Shown here: positions 49,185-63,100 of the stretch, piece after piece | Numbering within the stretch: position 1 is the stretch's first letter | Layout: every line of letters begins with the position of its first letter | Source: Nemertoderma westbladi | Lineage: Eukaryota; Animalia; Xenacoelomorpha | DNA length: 64,000 nt | Reading direction: 5' to 3' | Assembly: GCA_032718475.1 (NCBI GenBank) | Contig: JAUCBJ010003086.1 | Span: 1-64,000, forward strand | The notes under the pieces: model-generated | Told to the model about the DNA's origin: nothing | Database searches by the model: none | Seen by the model: the letters and a program-made list of their open reading frames with translations, nothing else | Program-made: the position numbers and the translations under genes

Positions 49185-50093
49185 TAAATTCAAATCTGTT
49201 TTAACATTGAATACATGAATAGAGTAAGACTAATGTAATTCATTGAATCAGAATAAATTATTTCTTATCGGTTTAACTCACTCATCCGTTAATGTTGTTG
49301 ATTTATCTATTCTGGGACTTCGAGCAGCTCGTGAACAACTAAACCAGCACGTTAACTAGTCTGGGGCTTTGTGCAGCACGTGAACAACTAAGCTGACTGG
49401 TTACCTAGTCTGGGACTTCGAGCAGCACGTGAACAACTAAACCTGCACGTTAACTAGTCTGGGGCTTTGTGCAGCACGTGAACAACTAAGCTGACTGGTT
49501 ACCTAGTCTGGGACTTCGAGCAGCACGTGAACAACTATGCTGACTGGTTAACTAGTCTGGTACATGTCTGGGACAGATATAGCAGTATAGGCATATGCAT
49601 TATACACCTATTGTTATTACAGTATAGGCCTACCTACGATATATATCAGAATATCAGAAGTCCCAGACTCGTTAACCAGTCAGCTTAGTTGTTCAAGTGC
49701 TGCTCGAAGTCCCAGACTAGTTAACCAATCAGCTTAGTTGTTCACGTGCTGCTCAAAGTCCCAGACTAGTTAACCAGTCAGCTTAGTTGTTCAAGTGCTG
49801 CTCGAAGTCCCAGACTTGTTAACCAGTCAGCTTTGTTCAGTCGTTGTTCACGTGCTACTGGAAGTCCCAGACTAGTTAACCAGACAGCTTAGTTGTTCAC
49901 GTCTGCTCTATGCCCCAGTCTAGCTAACGTCAGATTTAGATGTTCACGTGCTGCTCGAAGTCCCAGAATAGATAAAACAACAACATTAACGGATGAGTGA
50001 GTTAAACCGATAAGAAATAATTTATTCTGAATCAATGAATTACATTAGTATTACACTATTCATGTATTCAATGTTAAAACAGATTTGAATTTA
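49185..50093. mobile_element. Foldback element: long inverted arms with internal ~40-bp tandem units
   Basis: taaattcaaatctgttttaacattgaatac... mirrored at 50093; ctgggacttcgagcagcacgtgaacaact units on left, reverse complements on right; ~100-bp spacer. Confidence 0.85.
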
Positions 50094-50942
50094 CAAATAT
50101 ATATATTAAAATATATAGATATATAGATAGATAGCAAATATATAAACCAAAATATATAATTAATTTGTCCCGGTATAACGGATTGAAAACAACCGTGAGG
50201 GTAAGATCCGGTTTGTAAATATAACAACAATAATATGCTATAAAGCAAAATAAAAACCAATATCTTACAAAAAGAAAATATTTCTTTTACAAATTTTCAA
50301 CTCGACATGAGTCTTATTCATGTATTTATTTCCATAAATATGATTACTGTACATTCTAATGCATAATAGTTATGCGTAATAATTCAATGTAACATTAGAA
50401 TGTACAGTAATGTATTTAATGTGTATTTAATATTTATGGAAATAAATAGTGAACGAGCGAGTGAACCCCCCCCCCCCCCCCCCCCCCCCCATGACCTACT
50501 GTAACAGTTGGCCCTGTTACTGTAGGTCATGCTCCTCCCCACACCGCCTTTAGTACGACTGTAGTAAACTTGAATTAAGTTTCAGTGCCAGAAAAATTGG
50601 AATTAAGCGTTGTATTGCACATTTTGTATAATAAGACAAACAAAGTCAGACTTCGAGACGAAACATTGAGAAAAAAACATTGAGAAAAAACATTAAGAAT
50701 AAATTAATTGTAATTAATAATAATTGTAATCTTTATATTTTAGAGTAGACAATAAAAACAAATATATTGAGAAAAATGAATGAATGTAAATAAGTATGTA
50801 ATAGTAATGGACAATGGTAAATAAACGAAAGTGAAAGTAAACTAGGAAAAAGTAAACATATATTCTATTGTAATAAATTAATATGGCAAATAATAATATG
50901 TTGTCCTACTTCTATTCTATATAAATTTATTATTTTTAATAG

Positions 50943-51104
50943 AATACCGAGGCGTGGTCTATAATAGGGCATATAAAATATATCCAAGGCGATGTAGCAG
51001 AAGCTATGGACAGTTACGACCGTGTGGTCTCTCTGTCGTCATCTGGTCTCGGAATTCAAACGGTCTATATTCGTCTGGCTAATCTATATTTACAATCTAG
51101 AAAG
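50943..51104 (+). CDS. CFAP70: CFAP70/TTC18 exon (NTEAWSIIGHIKYIQGDVAEAMDSYDR...IRLANLYLQSRK), TPR
   Basis: tttttaatag| acceptor, AAG|GTAAGT donor, 162 nt open in phase 0; TPR consensus W..LG..Y..G...EA...Y.R; below the ORF track threshold. Confidence 0.82.
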
Positions 51105-51183
51105 GTAAGTATACTGTAGATACGCATTGATTTATTTATATTTTAATCACACTCATTGACTCATTGCTATTGTATTGTATAAA

Positions 51184-54100
51184 TAACTGTTTTAGTTCCC
51201 ATCTCCCGTCTATAACTGTTTTAGTTCCCAGCTCCCGTCTCTATAACTGTTTTAGTTCCCAGCTCCCGTCTCTCTAACTGTTTTAGTTCCCAGCTCCCGT
51301 CTCTATAACTGTTTTAGTTCCCAGCTCCCGTCTATAACTGTTTTAGTTCCCAGCTCCCGTCTCTATAACTGTTTTAGTTCCCAGCTCCCGTCTCTATAAC
51401 TGTTTTAGTTCCCAGCTCCCGTCTCTATAACTGTTTTAGTTCCCAGCTCCCTTCTCTGTAACTGTTTTAGTTCCCAGTAACTTCTTTGTAACTATTTTAG
51501 TTTCCATCTCCCTTTTCTGTAACTGTTTTAGTTCCCAGCTCCCTTCTCTGTAACTGTTTCAGTTCTCATCTCCTGTCTCTGTAACTGTTTTAGTTCCCAG
51601 CTCCCTTCTCTGTAACTATTTTAGTTTCCATCTCCCTTCTCTGTAACTGTTTTAGTTCCCAGCTCCCGTCTCTGTAACTGTTTAGTTCCCAGCTCCCGTC
51701 TCTGTAACTGTTTTAGTTCTCATCTCCTGTCTCTGTAACTGTTTTAGTTCCCATCTCCCGTCTATAACTGTTTTAGTTCCCAGCTCCCTTCTCTGTAACT
51801 ATTTTAGTTTCCATCTCCCTTCTCTGTAACTATTTTAGTTTCCATCTCCCTTCTCTGTAACTGTTTTAGTTCCCAGCTCCCGTCTCTGTAACTGTTTAGT
51901 TCCCAGCTCCCGTCTCTGTAACTGTTTTAGTTCCCATCTCCCTTTTCTGTAACTGTTTTAGTTCCCATCTCCCGTCTATAACTGTTTTAGTTCCCATCTC
52001 CCATCTCTATAACTGTTTTAGTTCCCATCTCCATTTTCTGTAACTGTTTTAGTTCCCAGCTCCCTTCTCTGTAACTGTTTTAGTTCCCACCTCCTGTCTC
52101 TGTAACTGTTTTAGTTCCCAGTAACTTCTTTGTAACTGTTTTAGTTCCCAGCTCCCTTCTCTGTAACTGTTTTAGTTCCATTCTCCCATCTATGTTACTG
52201 TTTTATTTCCCAGCTCCCGTCTCTGTAACTGTTTTAGTTCTCAAATCCCTTATCTGTAACTGTTTTAGTTCCCACCTCACGTCTCTGTAACTGTTTTGGT
52301 CCCAGCTCCCTTCTCTGTAACTGTTTTAGTTCCCAGCTCCCTCCACTATAACTGTTTTAGTTCCCAGCTCCCTTCTCTGTAACTGTTTTAGTTCCCAGCT
52401 CCCTTCTCTGTAACTGTTTTAGTTCCCAGCTCCCGTCTCTATAACTGTTTTAGTTCCCAGCTCCCTCCACTATAACTGTTTTAGTTCCCAGCTCCCTCCA
52501 CTATAACTGTTTTAGTTCCCAGCTCCCTTCTCTGTAACTGTTTTAGTTCCCAGCTCCCTTCTCTGTAACTGTTTTAGTTCCCAGCTCCCGTCTCTATAAC
52601 TGTTTTAGTTCCCAGCTCCCTCCACTATAACTGTTTTAGTTCCCAGCTCCCTTCTCTGTAACTGTTTTAGTTCCCAGCTCCCTTCTCTGTAACTGTTTTA
52701 GTTCCCACCTCACGTCTCTGTAACTGTTTTGGTCCCAGCTCCCTTCTCTGTAACTGTTTTAGTTCCCAGATCCCGTCTCTCTAACTGTTTTAGTTCCCTT
52801 TTCCCGTTTCTCTAACTGTTTTGTCCCCAGCTTCCGTCTCTGTAACTGTTTTAGTTCCCAAATCCCTTATCTGTAACTGTTTTAGTTCCCAGCTCCTGTC
52901 TCTGTAACTATTTTAGTTCCCACCTCCCGTCTCTGTAACTGTTTTAGTTCCCAGCTCCCTCCACTATAACTGTTTTAGTTCCCAGCTCCCTTCTCTGTAA
53001 CTGTTTTAGTTCCCAGCTCCCTTCTCTGTAACTGTTTTAGTTCCCAGCTCCCTTCTCTGTAACTGTTTTAGTTCCCAGCTCCCTCCACTATAACTGTTTT
53101 AGTTCCCAGCTCCCTTCTCTGTAACTGTTTTAGTTCCCAGCTCCCTTATCTGTAACTGTTTTAGTTCCCAGCTCCTGTCTCTGTAACTATTTTAGTTCCC
53201 ACCTCCCGTCTCTGTAACTGTTTTAGTTCCCAGCTCCCTCCACTATAACTGTTTTAGTTCCCAGCTCCCTTCTCTGTAACTGTTTTAGTTCCCAGCTCCC
53301 TCCACTATAACTGTTTTAGTTCCCAGCTCCCTTCTCTGTAACTGTTTTAGTTCCCAGCTCCCTTATCTGTAACTGTTTTAGTTCCCAGCTCCTGTCTCTG
53401 TAACTATTTTAGTTCCCACCTCCCGTCTCTGTAACTGTTTTAGTTCCCAGCTCCCTCCACTATAACTGTTTTAGTTCCCAGCTCCCCTCTCTGTAACTGT
53501 TTTAGTTCCCAGCTCCCTCCACTATAACTGTTTTAGTTCCCAGCTCCCTTCTCTGTAACTGTTTTAGTTCCCAGCTCCCTTATCTGTAACTGTTTTAGTT
53601 CCCAGCTCCTGTCTCTGTAACTATTTTAGTTCCCACCTCCCGTCTCTGTAACTGTTTTAGTTCCCAGCTCCCTCCACTATAACTGTTTTAGTTCCCACCT
53701 CCCTTCTCTGTAACTGTTTTAGTTCCCAGCTCCCTCCACTATAACTGTTTTAGTTCCCAGCTCCCTTCTCTGTAACTGTTTTAGTTCCCAGCTCCCTTCT
53801 CTGTAACTGTTTTAGTTCCCAGCTCCCGTCTCTATAACTGTTTTAGTTCCCAGCTCCCTCCACTATAACTGTTTTAGTTTCCAGCTCCCGTCTCTATAAC
53901 TGTTTTAGTTCCCAGCTCCCTCCACTATAACTGTTTTAGTTCCCAGCTCCCTTCTCTGTAACTGTTTTAGTTCCCAGCTCCCTTCTCTGTAACTGTTTTG
54001 TTCCCACCACCCGTCTCTGTAATCGTATTAGTTCCCAGCTCCCGTCTTTGTAACTGTTTTAGTTCCCAGCTCCCTCCACTATAACTGTTTTAGTTCCCAG

Positions 54101-57100
54101 CTCCCGTCTCTATAACTGTTTTAGTTCCCAGCTCCCGTCTCTGTAACTGTTTTAGTTCCCAGCTCCCGTCTCTCTAACTGTTTTAGTTCCCAGCTCCCTC
54201 CACTATAACTGTTTTAGTTCCCAGCTCCCGTCTCTATAACTGTTTTAGTTCCCAGCTCCCGTCTCTGTAACTGTTTTAGTTCCCAGCTCCCGTCTCTCTA
54301 ACTGTTTTAGTTCCCAGCTCCCTCCACTATAACTGTTTTAGTTCCCAGCTCCCTTCTCTGTAACTGTTTTAGTTCCCAGCTCCCTTCTCTGTAACTGTTT
54401 TAGTTCCCACCTCACGTCTCTGTAACTGTTTTGGTCCCAGCTCCCTTCTCTGTAACTGTTTTAGTTCCCAGATCCCGTCTCTCTAACTGTTTTAGTTCCC
54501 TTTTCCCGTTTCTCTAACTGTTTTGTCCCCAGCTTCCGTCTCTGTAACTGTTTTAGTTCCCAAATCCCTTATCTGTAACTATTTTAGTTCCCAGCTCCTG
54601 TCTCTGTAACTGTTTTGTTCCCACCACCCGTCTCTGTAATCGTATTAGTTCCCAGCTCCCGTCTTTGTAACTGTTTTAGTTCCCAGCTCCCTCCACTATA
54701 ACTGTTTTAGTTCCCAGCTCCCTTCTCTGTAACTGTTTTAGTTCCCAGCTCCCGTCTTTGTAACTGTTTTAGTTCCCAGCTCCCTCCACTATAACTGTTT
54801 TAGTTCCCAGCTCCCTCCACTATAACTGTTTTAGTTCCCAGCTCCCTTCTCTGTAACTGTTTTAGTTCCCAGCTCCCTTCTCTGTAACTGTTTTAGTTCC
54901 CAGCTCCCGTCTCTATCACTGTTTTAGTTCCCAGCTCCCGTCTCTATAACTGTTTTAGTTCCCAGCTCCCGTCTCTATAACTGTTTTAGTTCCCAGCTCC
55001 CTCCACTATAACTGTTTTAGTTCCCAGCTCCCTTCTCTGTAACTGTTTTGTTCCCACCACCCGTCTCTGTAATCGTATTAGTTCCCAGCTCCCGTCTTTG
55101 TAACTGTTTTAGTTCCCAGCTCCCTCCACTATAACTGTTTTAGTTCCCAGCTCCCTTCTCTGTAACTGTTTTAGTTCCCAGCTCCCTTCTCTGTAACTGT
55201 TTTAGTTCCCACCTCACGTCTCTGTAACTGTTTTGGTCCCAGCTCCCTTCTCTGTAACTGTTTTAGTTCCCAGATCCCGTCTCTCTAACTGTTTTAGTTC
55301 CCTTTTCCCGTTTCTCTAACTGTTTTGTCCCCAGCTTCCGTCTCTGTAACTGTTTTAGTTCCCAAATCCCTTATCTGTAACTATTTTAGTTCCCACCTCT
55401 CGTCTCTATAACTGTTTTAGTTCCCAGCTCCCGTCTTTGTAACTATTTTAGTTCCCAGCTCCCTTCTCTGTAACTGTTTTAGTTCCCTTCTCACGTCTTT
55501 GTTACTGTTTTAGTTCCCACCTCCCGTCTCTGCAACTGTTTCAGTTCCCATCTCCTGTCTCTGTAAATATTTTAGTTCCCAGCTCCCGTCTCTGTAACTA
55601 TTTTAGTTCCCAGCTCCCGCCTCTGTAACTGTTTTAGTTCCCAGCTCCCGTCTCTCTAACTGTTTTGTCACCTGCTTCCGTCTCTGTAACTGTTTTAGTT
55701 CCCAAATCCCTTATCTGTAACTGTTTTAGTTCCCAGCTCCCGTCTATAACTGTTTTAGTTCCCAGCTCCCGTCTCTATAACTGTTTTAGTTTCCAGCTCC
55801 CTTCACTATAACTGTTTTAGTTCCCAGCTCCCGTCTCTCTAACTGTTTTAGTTCCCAGCTCCCGTCTCTCTAACTGTTTTAGTTCCCAGCTCCCGTCTCT
55901 CTAACTGTTTTAGTTCCCAGCTCCCGTCTCTATAACTGTTTTAGTTCCCAGCTCCCTTCTCTGTAACTGTTTCAGTTCCCATCTCCTGTCTCTGTAAATA
56001 TTTTAGTTCCCAGCTCCCGTCTCTATAACTGTTTTAGTTCCCAGCTCCCGTCTCTATAACTGTTTTAGTTCCCAGCTCCCGTCTCTGTAAATATTTTAGT
56101 TTCCAGCTCCCTTCACTATAACTGTTTTAGTTCCCAGCTCCCGTCTCTCTAACTGTTTTAGTTTCCAGCTCCCTTCACTATAACTGTTTTAGTTCCCAGC
56201 TCCCGTCTCTCTAACTGTTTTAGTTCCCAGCTCCCGTCTCTCTAACTGTTTTAGTTCCCAGCTCCCGTCTCTATAACTGTTTTAGTTCCCAGCTCCCGTC
56301 TCTGTAAATATTTTAGTTTCCAGCTCCCTTCACTATAACTGTTTTAGTTCCCAGCTCCCGTCTCTCTAACTGTTTTAGTTCCCAGCTCCCGTCTCTATAA
56401 CTGTTTTAGTTCCCAGCTCCCGTCTCTCTAACTGTTTTAGTTCCCAGCTCCCGTCTCTGTAACTGTTTCAGTTCTCATCTCCTGTCTCTGTAACTGTTTT
56501 AGTTCCCAGTAACTTCTCTGTAACTGTTTTAGTTCCCAGCTCCCTTCTCTGTAACTATTTTAGTTTCCATCTCCCGTCTCTGTAACTGTTTTAGTTCCCA
56601 GCTCCCTTCTCTGTAACTGTTTTAGTTCCCACCTCCTGTCTCTGTAACTGTTTTAGTTCCCAGTAACTTCTTTGTAACTGTTTTAGTTCCCAGCTCCCTT
56701 CTCTGTAACTGTTTTAGTTCCATTCTCCCGTCTATGTAACTGTTTTAGTTCCCAGCTCCCTTCTCTGTAACTATTTTAGTTTCTATCTCCCTTCTCTGTA
56801 ACTGTTTTAGTTCCCAGCTCCCGTCTCTGTAACTGTTTAGTTCCCAGCTCCTGTCTCTGTAACTGTTTTAGTTCCCATCTCCCTTTTCTGTAACTGTTTT
56901 AGTTCCCAGCTCCCTTCTCTGTAACTGTTTTAGTTCCCACCTCCTGTCTCTGTAACTGTTTTAGTTCCCAGCTCCCGTCTCTATAACTGTTTTAGTTCCC
57001 AGCTCCCTCCACTATAACTGTTTTAGTTCCCAGCTCCCTTCTCTGTAACTGTTTTAGTTCCCAGCTCCCTTCTCTGTAACTGTTTTAGTTCCCACCTCAC

Positions 57101-60100
57101 GTCTCTGTAACTGTTTTGGTCCCAGCTCCCTTCTCTGTAACTGTTTTAGTTCCCAGCTCCCGTCTTTGTAACTGTTTTAGTTCCCAGCTCCCTTCTCTGT
57201 AACTGTTTTAGTTCCCTTCTCACGTCTTTGTTACTGTTTTAGTTCCCACCTCCCGTCTCTGCAACTGTTTCAGTTCCCATCTCCTGTCTCTGTAAATATT
57301 TTAGTTCCCAGCTCCCGTCTCTGTAACTATTTTAGTTCCCAGCTCCCGCCTCTGTAACTGTTTTAGTTCCCAGCTCCCGTCTCTCTAACTGTTTTGTCAC
57401 CAGCTTCCGTCTCTGTAACTGTTTTAGTTCCCAAATCCCTTATCTGTAACTGTTTTAGTTCCCAGCTCCCGTCTATAACTGTTTTAGTTCCCAGCTCCCG
57501 TCTCTATAACTGTTTTAGTTTCCAGCTCCCTTCACTATAACTGTTTTAGTTCCCAGCTCCCGTCTCTCTAACTGTTTTAGTTCCCAGCTCCCGTCTCTCT
57601 AACTGTTTTAGTTCCCAGCTCCCGTCTCTCTAACTGTTTTAGTTCCCAGCTCCCGTCTCTATAACTGTTTTAGTTCCCAGCTCCCTTCTCTGTAACTGTT
57701 TCAGTTCCCATCTCCTGTCTCTGTAAATATTTTAGTTCCCAGCTCCCGTCTCTATAACTGTTTTAGTTCCCAGCTCCCGTCTCTATAACTGTTTTAGTTC
57801 CCAGCTCCCGTCTCTGTAAATATTTTAGTTTCCAGCTCCCTTCACTATAACTGTTTTAGTTCCCAGCTCCCGTCTCTCTAACTGTTTTAGTTTCCAGCTC
57901 CCTTCACTATAACTGTTTTAGTTCCCAGCTCCCGTCTCTCTAACTGTTTTAGTTCCCAGCTCCCGTCTCTCTAACTGTTTTAGTTCCCAGCTCCCGTCTC
58001 TATAACTGTTTTAGTTCCCAGCTCCCGTCTCTGTAAATATTTTAGTTTCCAGCTCCCTTCACTATAACTGTTTTAGTTCCCAGCTCCCGTCTCTCTAACT
58101 GTTTTAGTTCCCAGCTCCCTTCTCTGTAACTGTTTTAGTTCCCACCTCCTGTCTCTGTAACTGTTTTAGTTCCCAGTAACTTCTTTGTAACTGTTTTAGT
58201 TCCCAGCTCCCTTCTCTGTAACTGTTTTAGTTCCATTCTCCCGTCTATGTAACTGTTTTAGTTCCCAGCTCCCTTCTCTGTAACTATTTTAGTTTCTATC
58301 TCCCTTCTCTGTAACTGTTTTAGTTTCCATCTCCCGTCTCTATAACTGTTTTAGTTCCCAGCTCCCGTCTCTGTAACTGTTTTAGTTCCCAGTAACTTCT
58401 TTGTAACTGTTTTAGTTCCCAGCTCCCTTCTCTGTAACTGTTTTAGTTCCCAGCTCCCTTCTCTGTAACTGTTTTAGTTCCCAGCTCCCGTCTCTATAAC
58501 TGTTTTAGTTCCCAGCTCCCTTCTCTGTAACTGTTTTAGTTCCCACCTCACGTCTCTGTAACTGTTTTGGTCCCAGCTCCCTTCTCTGTAACTGTTTTAG
58601 TTCCCAGATCCCGTCTCTCTAACTGTTTTAGTTCCCTTTTCCCGTTTCTCTAACTGTTTTGTCCCCAGCTTCCGTCTCTGTAACTGTTTTAGTTCCCAAA
58701 TCCCTTATCTGTAACTGTTTTAGTTCCCAGCTCCTGTCTCTATAACTGTTTTAGTTTCCAGCTCCCGTCTTTATAACTGTTTTAGTTCCCAGCTCCCGTC
58801 TCTCTAACTGTTTTAGTTCCCAGCTCCCGTCTCTGTAACTGTTTTGTTCCCACCACCCGTCTCTGTAATCGTATTAATTCCCACCTCCCGCCTCTGTAAC
58901 TGTTTTAGTTCCCAGTTCCCGTCTCTATCACTGTTTTAGTTCCCAGCTCCCGTCTCTATAACTGTTTTAGTTCCCAGCTCCCGTCTCTATAACTGTTTTA
59001 GTTCCCAGCTCCCTTCTCTGTAACTGTTTTAGTTCCCAGCTCCCTCCACTATAACTGTTTTAGTTCCCAGCTCCCTTCTCTGTAACTGTTTTAGTTCCCA
59101 GCTCCCTTCTCTGTAACTGTTTTAGTTCCCAGCTCCCTTCTCTGTAACTGTTTTAGTTCCCAGCTCCCTTCTCTGTAACTGTTTTAGTTCCCAGCTCCCG
59201 TCTCTATAACTGTTTTAGTTCCCAGCTCCCTTCTCTGTAACTGTTTTAGTTCCCACCTCACGTCTCTGTAACTGTTTTGGTCCCAGCTCCCTTCTCTGTA
59301 ACTGTTTTAGTTCCCAGATCCCGTCTCTCTAACTGTTTTAGTTCCCTTTTCCCGTTTCTCTAACTGTTTTGTCCCCAGCTTCCGTCTCTGTAACTGTTTT
59401 AGTTCCCAAATCCCTTATCTGTAACTGTTTTAGTTTCCAGCTCCTGTCTCTGCAACTATTTTAGTTCCCAGCTCCCTTCTCTGTAGCTGTTTTAGTTCCC
59501 ACCTCCCGCCTCTGTAACTGTTTTAGTTCCCAGTAACTTCTTTGTAACTGTTTTAGTTCCCAGCTCCCTTCTTTGTAACTGTTTTAGTTCCCTTCTCACG
59601 TCTTTGTTACTGTTTTAGTTCCCACCTCCCGTCTCTGCAACTGTTTCAGTCCCCATCTCCTGTCTCTGTAAATATTTTAGTTCCCAGCTCCCGTCTCTGT
59701 AACTATTTTAGTTCCCAGCTCCCGCCTCTGTAACTGTTTTAGTTCCCAGCTCCCGTCTCTCTAACTGTTTTGTCACCAGCTTCCGTCTCTGTAACTGTTT
59801 TTGTTCCCAAATCCCTTATCTGTAACTGTTTTAGTTCCCAGCTCCCGTCTATAACTGTTTTAGTTCCCAGCTCCCGCCTCTATAACTGTTTTAGTTTCCA
59901 GCTCCCTTCACTATAACTGTTTTAGTTCCCAGCTCCCGTCTCTCTAACTGTTTTAGTTCCCAGCTCCCGTCTCTCTAACTGTTTTAGTTCCCAGCTCCCG
60001 TCTCTCTAACTGTTTTAGTTCCCAGCTCCCGTCTCTATAACTGTTTTAGTTCCCAGCTCCCTTCTCTGTAACTGTTTCAGTTCCCATCTCCTGTCTCTGT

Positions 60101-63100
60101 AAATATTTTAGTTCCCAGCTCCCGTCTCTATAACTGTTTTAGTTCCCAGCTCCCGTCTCTCTAACTGTTTTAGTTCCCAGCTCCCGTCTCTGTAAATATT
60201 TTAGTTTCCAGCTCCCTTCACTATAACTGTTTTAGTTCCCAGCTCCCGTCTCTCTAACTGTTTTAGTTTCCAGCTCCCTTCACTATAACTGTTTTAGTTC
60301 CCAGCTCCCGTCTCTCTAACTGTTTTAGTTCCCAGCTCCCGTCTCTCTAACTGTTTTAGTTCCCTGCTCCCGTCTCTATAACTGTTTTAGTTCCCAGCTC
60401 CCGTCTCTGTAAATATTTTAGTTTCCAGCTCCCTTCACTATAACTGTTTTAGTTCCCAGCTCCCGTCTCTCTAACTGTTTTAGTTTACAGCTCCCTTCAC
60501 TATAACTGTTTTAGTTCCCAGCTCCCGTCTCTATAACTGTTTTAGTTCCCAGCTCCCGTCTCTCTAACTGTTTTAGTTCCCAGCTCCCGTCTCTATAACT
60601 GTTTTAGTTCCCAGCTCCCTTCTCTGTAACTGTTTCAGTTCCCATCTCCTGTCTCTGTAAATATTTTAGTTCCCAGCTCCCGTCTCTCTATCTGTTTTAG
60701 TTCCCAGCTCCCGTCTCTATAACTGTTTTACTTCCCAGCTCCCGTCTCTATAACTGTTTTAGTTCCCAGCTCCCTTCACTATAACTGTTTTAGTTCCCAG
60801 CTCCCGTCTCTCTAACTGTTGTAGTTCCCAGTTCCCGTCTCTATCACTGTTTTAGTTCCCAGCTCCCGTCTCTATAACTGTTTTAGTTCCCAGCTCCCGT
60901 CTCTCTAACTGTTTTAGTTCCCAGCTCCCGTCTCTATAACTGTTTTAGTTCCCAGCTCCCTTCTCTGTAACTGTTTCAGTTCCCATCTCCTGTCTCTGTA
61001 AATATTTTAGTTCCCAGCTCCCGTCTCTATAACTGTTTTAGTTTCCAGCTCCCGTCTCTATAACTGTTTTAGTTCCCAGCTCCCGTCTCTCTAACTGTTT
61101 TAGTTCCCAGCTCCCGTCTCTCTAACTGTTTTAGTTCCCAGTTCCCGTCTCTATCACTGTTTTAGTTCCCAGCTCCCGTCTCTATAACTGTTTTAGTTCC
61201 CAGCTCCCGTCTCTCTAACTGTTTTAGTTCCCAGCTCCCGTCTCTATAACTGTTTTAGTTCCCAGCTCCCTTCTCTGTAACTGTTTCAGTTCCCATCTCC
61301 TGTCTCTGTAAATATTTTAGTTCCCAGCTCCCGTCTCTATAACTGTTTTAGTTTCCAGCTCCCGTCTTTATAACTGTTTTAGTTCCCAGCTCCCGTCTCT
61401 CTAACTGTTTTAGTTCCCAGCTCCCGTCTCTCTAACTGTTTTAGTTCCCAGTTCCCGTCTCTATCACTGTTTTAGTTCCCAGCTCCCGTCTCTATAACTG
61501 TTTTAGTTCCCAGCTCCCGTCTCTCTAACTGTTTTAGTTCCCAGCTCCCGTCTCTGTAACTGTTTTCGTTCCCAGCTCCCGTTTCTATAACTGTTTTAGT
61601 TCCCAGCTCCCGTCTCTCTAACTGTTTTAGTTCTCAGCTCCCGTCTCTCTAACTGTTTTAGTTCCCAGCTCCCGTCTCTATAACTGTTTTAGTTCCCAGC
61701 TCTCGTCTCTATAACTGTTTTAGTTCCCAGCTCCCGTCTCTCTAACTGTTTTAGTTCCCAGCTCCCGTCTCTCTAACTGTTTTAGTTCCCAGTTCCCGTC
61801 TCTATCACTGTTTTAGTTCCCAGCTCCCGTCTCTGTAACTGTTTTCGTTCCCAACTCCCGTTTCTATAACTGTTTTAGTTCCCAGCTCCCGTCTCTGTAA
61901 CTGTTTTAGTTCCCAGCTCCCGTCTCTATAACTGTTTTAGTTCCCAGTTCCCGTCTCTGTAACTGTTTTAGTTCCCAGCTCCCGTCTCTCTAACTGTTAT
62001 GTTCCCAGCTCCCGTCTCTGTAACTGTTATGTTCCCAGCTCCCGTCTCTGTAACTGTTTTCGTTCCCAACTCCCGTTTCTATAACTGTTTTAGTTCCCAG
62101 CTCCCGTCTCTGTAACTGTTTTCGTTCCCAACTCCCGTTTCTATAACTGTTTTAGTTCCCAGCTCCCGTCTCTGTAACTGTTTTAGTTCCCAGCTCCCGT
62201 CTCTATAACTGTTTTAGTTCCCAGCTCCCGTCTCTCTAACTGTTATGATCCCAGCTCCCGTCTCTGTAACTGTTTTCGTTCCCAACTCCCGTTTCTATAA
62301 CTGTTTTAGTTCCCAGCTCCCGTCTCTGTAACTGTTTTCGTTCCCAACTCCCGTTTCTATAACTGTTTTAGTTCCCAGCTCCCGTCTCTGTAACTGTTTT
62401 AGTTCCCAGCTCCCGTCTCTATAACTGTTTTAGTTCCCAGCTCCCGTCTCTCTAACTGTTATGTTCCCAGCTCCCGTCTCTGTAACTGTTTTTTCCCAGC
62501 TCCCGTCTCTATAACTGTTTTAGTTCCCAGCTTTCGTCTCTCTATCTGTTTTAGTTCCCAGCTCCCATCTCTATAACTGTTTTAGTTCCCAGCTCCCGTC
62601 TCTATAACTGTTTTAGTTCCCAGCTCCCGTCTCTATAACTGTTTTAGTTCCCAGCTCCCGTCTCTCTAACTGTTTTAGTTCCCAGCTCCCGTCTCTATAA
62701 CTGTTTTAGTTCCCAGCTCCCGTCTCTATAACTGTTTTAGTTCCCAGCTCCCGTCTCTCTAACTGTTATTTTCCCAGCTCCCGTCTCTATAACTGTTTTA
62801 GTTCCCAGCTCCCGTCTCTCTAACTGTTTTAGTTTCCAGCTCCCGTCTCTCTAACTGTTTTAGTTCCCAGCTCCCGTCTCTATAACTGTTTTAGTTCCCA
62901 GCTCCCGTCTCTCTAACTGTTTTAGTTCCCAGCTCCCGTCTCTATAACTGTTTTAGTTCCCAGCTCCCGTCTCTATAACTGATTTAGTTCCCAGCTCCCG
63001 TCTCTATAACTGTTTTAGTTCCCAGCTCCCGTCTCTCTAACTGTTTTAGTTCCCAGCTCCCGTCTCTATAACTGTTTTAGTTCCCAGCTCCCGTCTCTCT

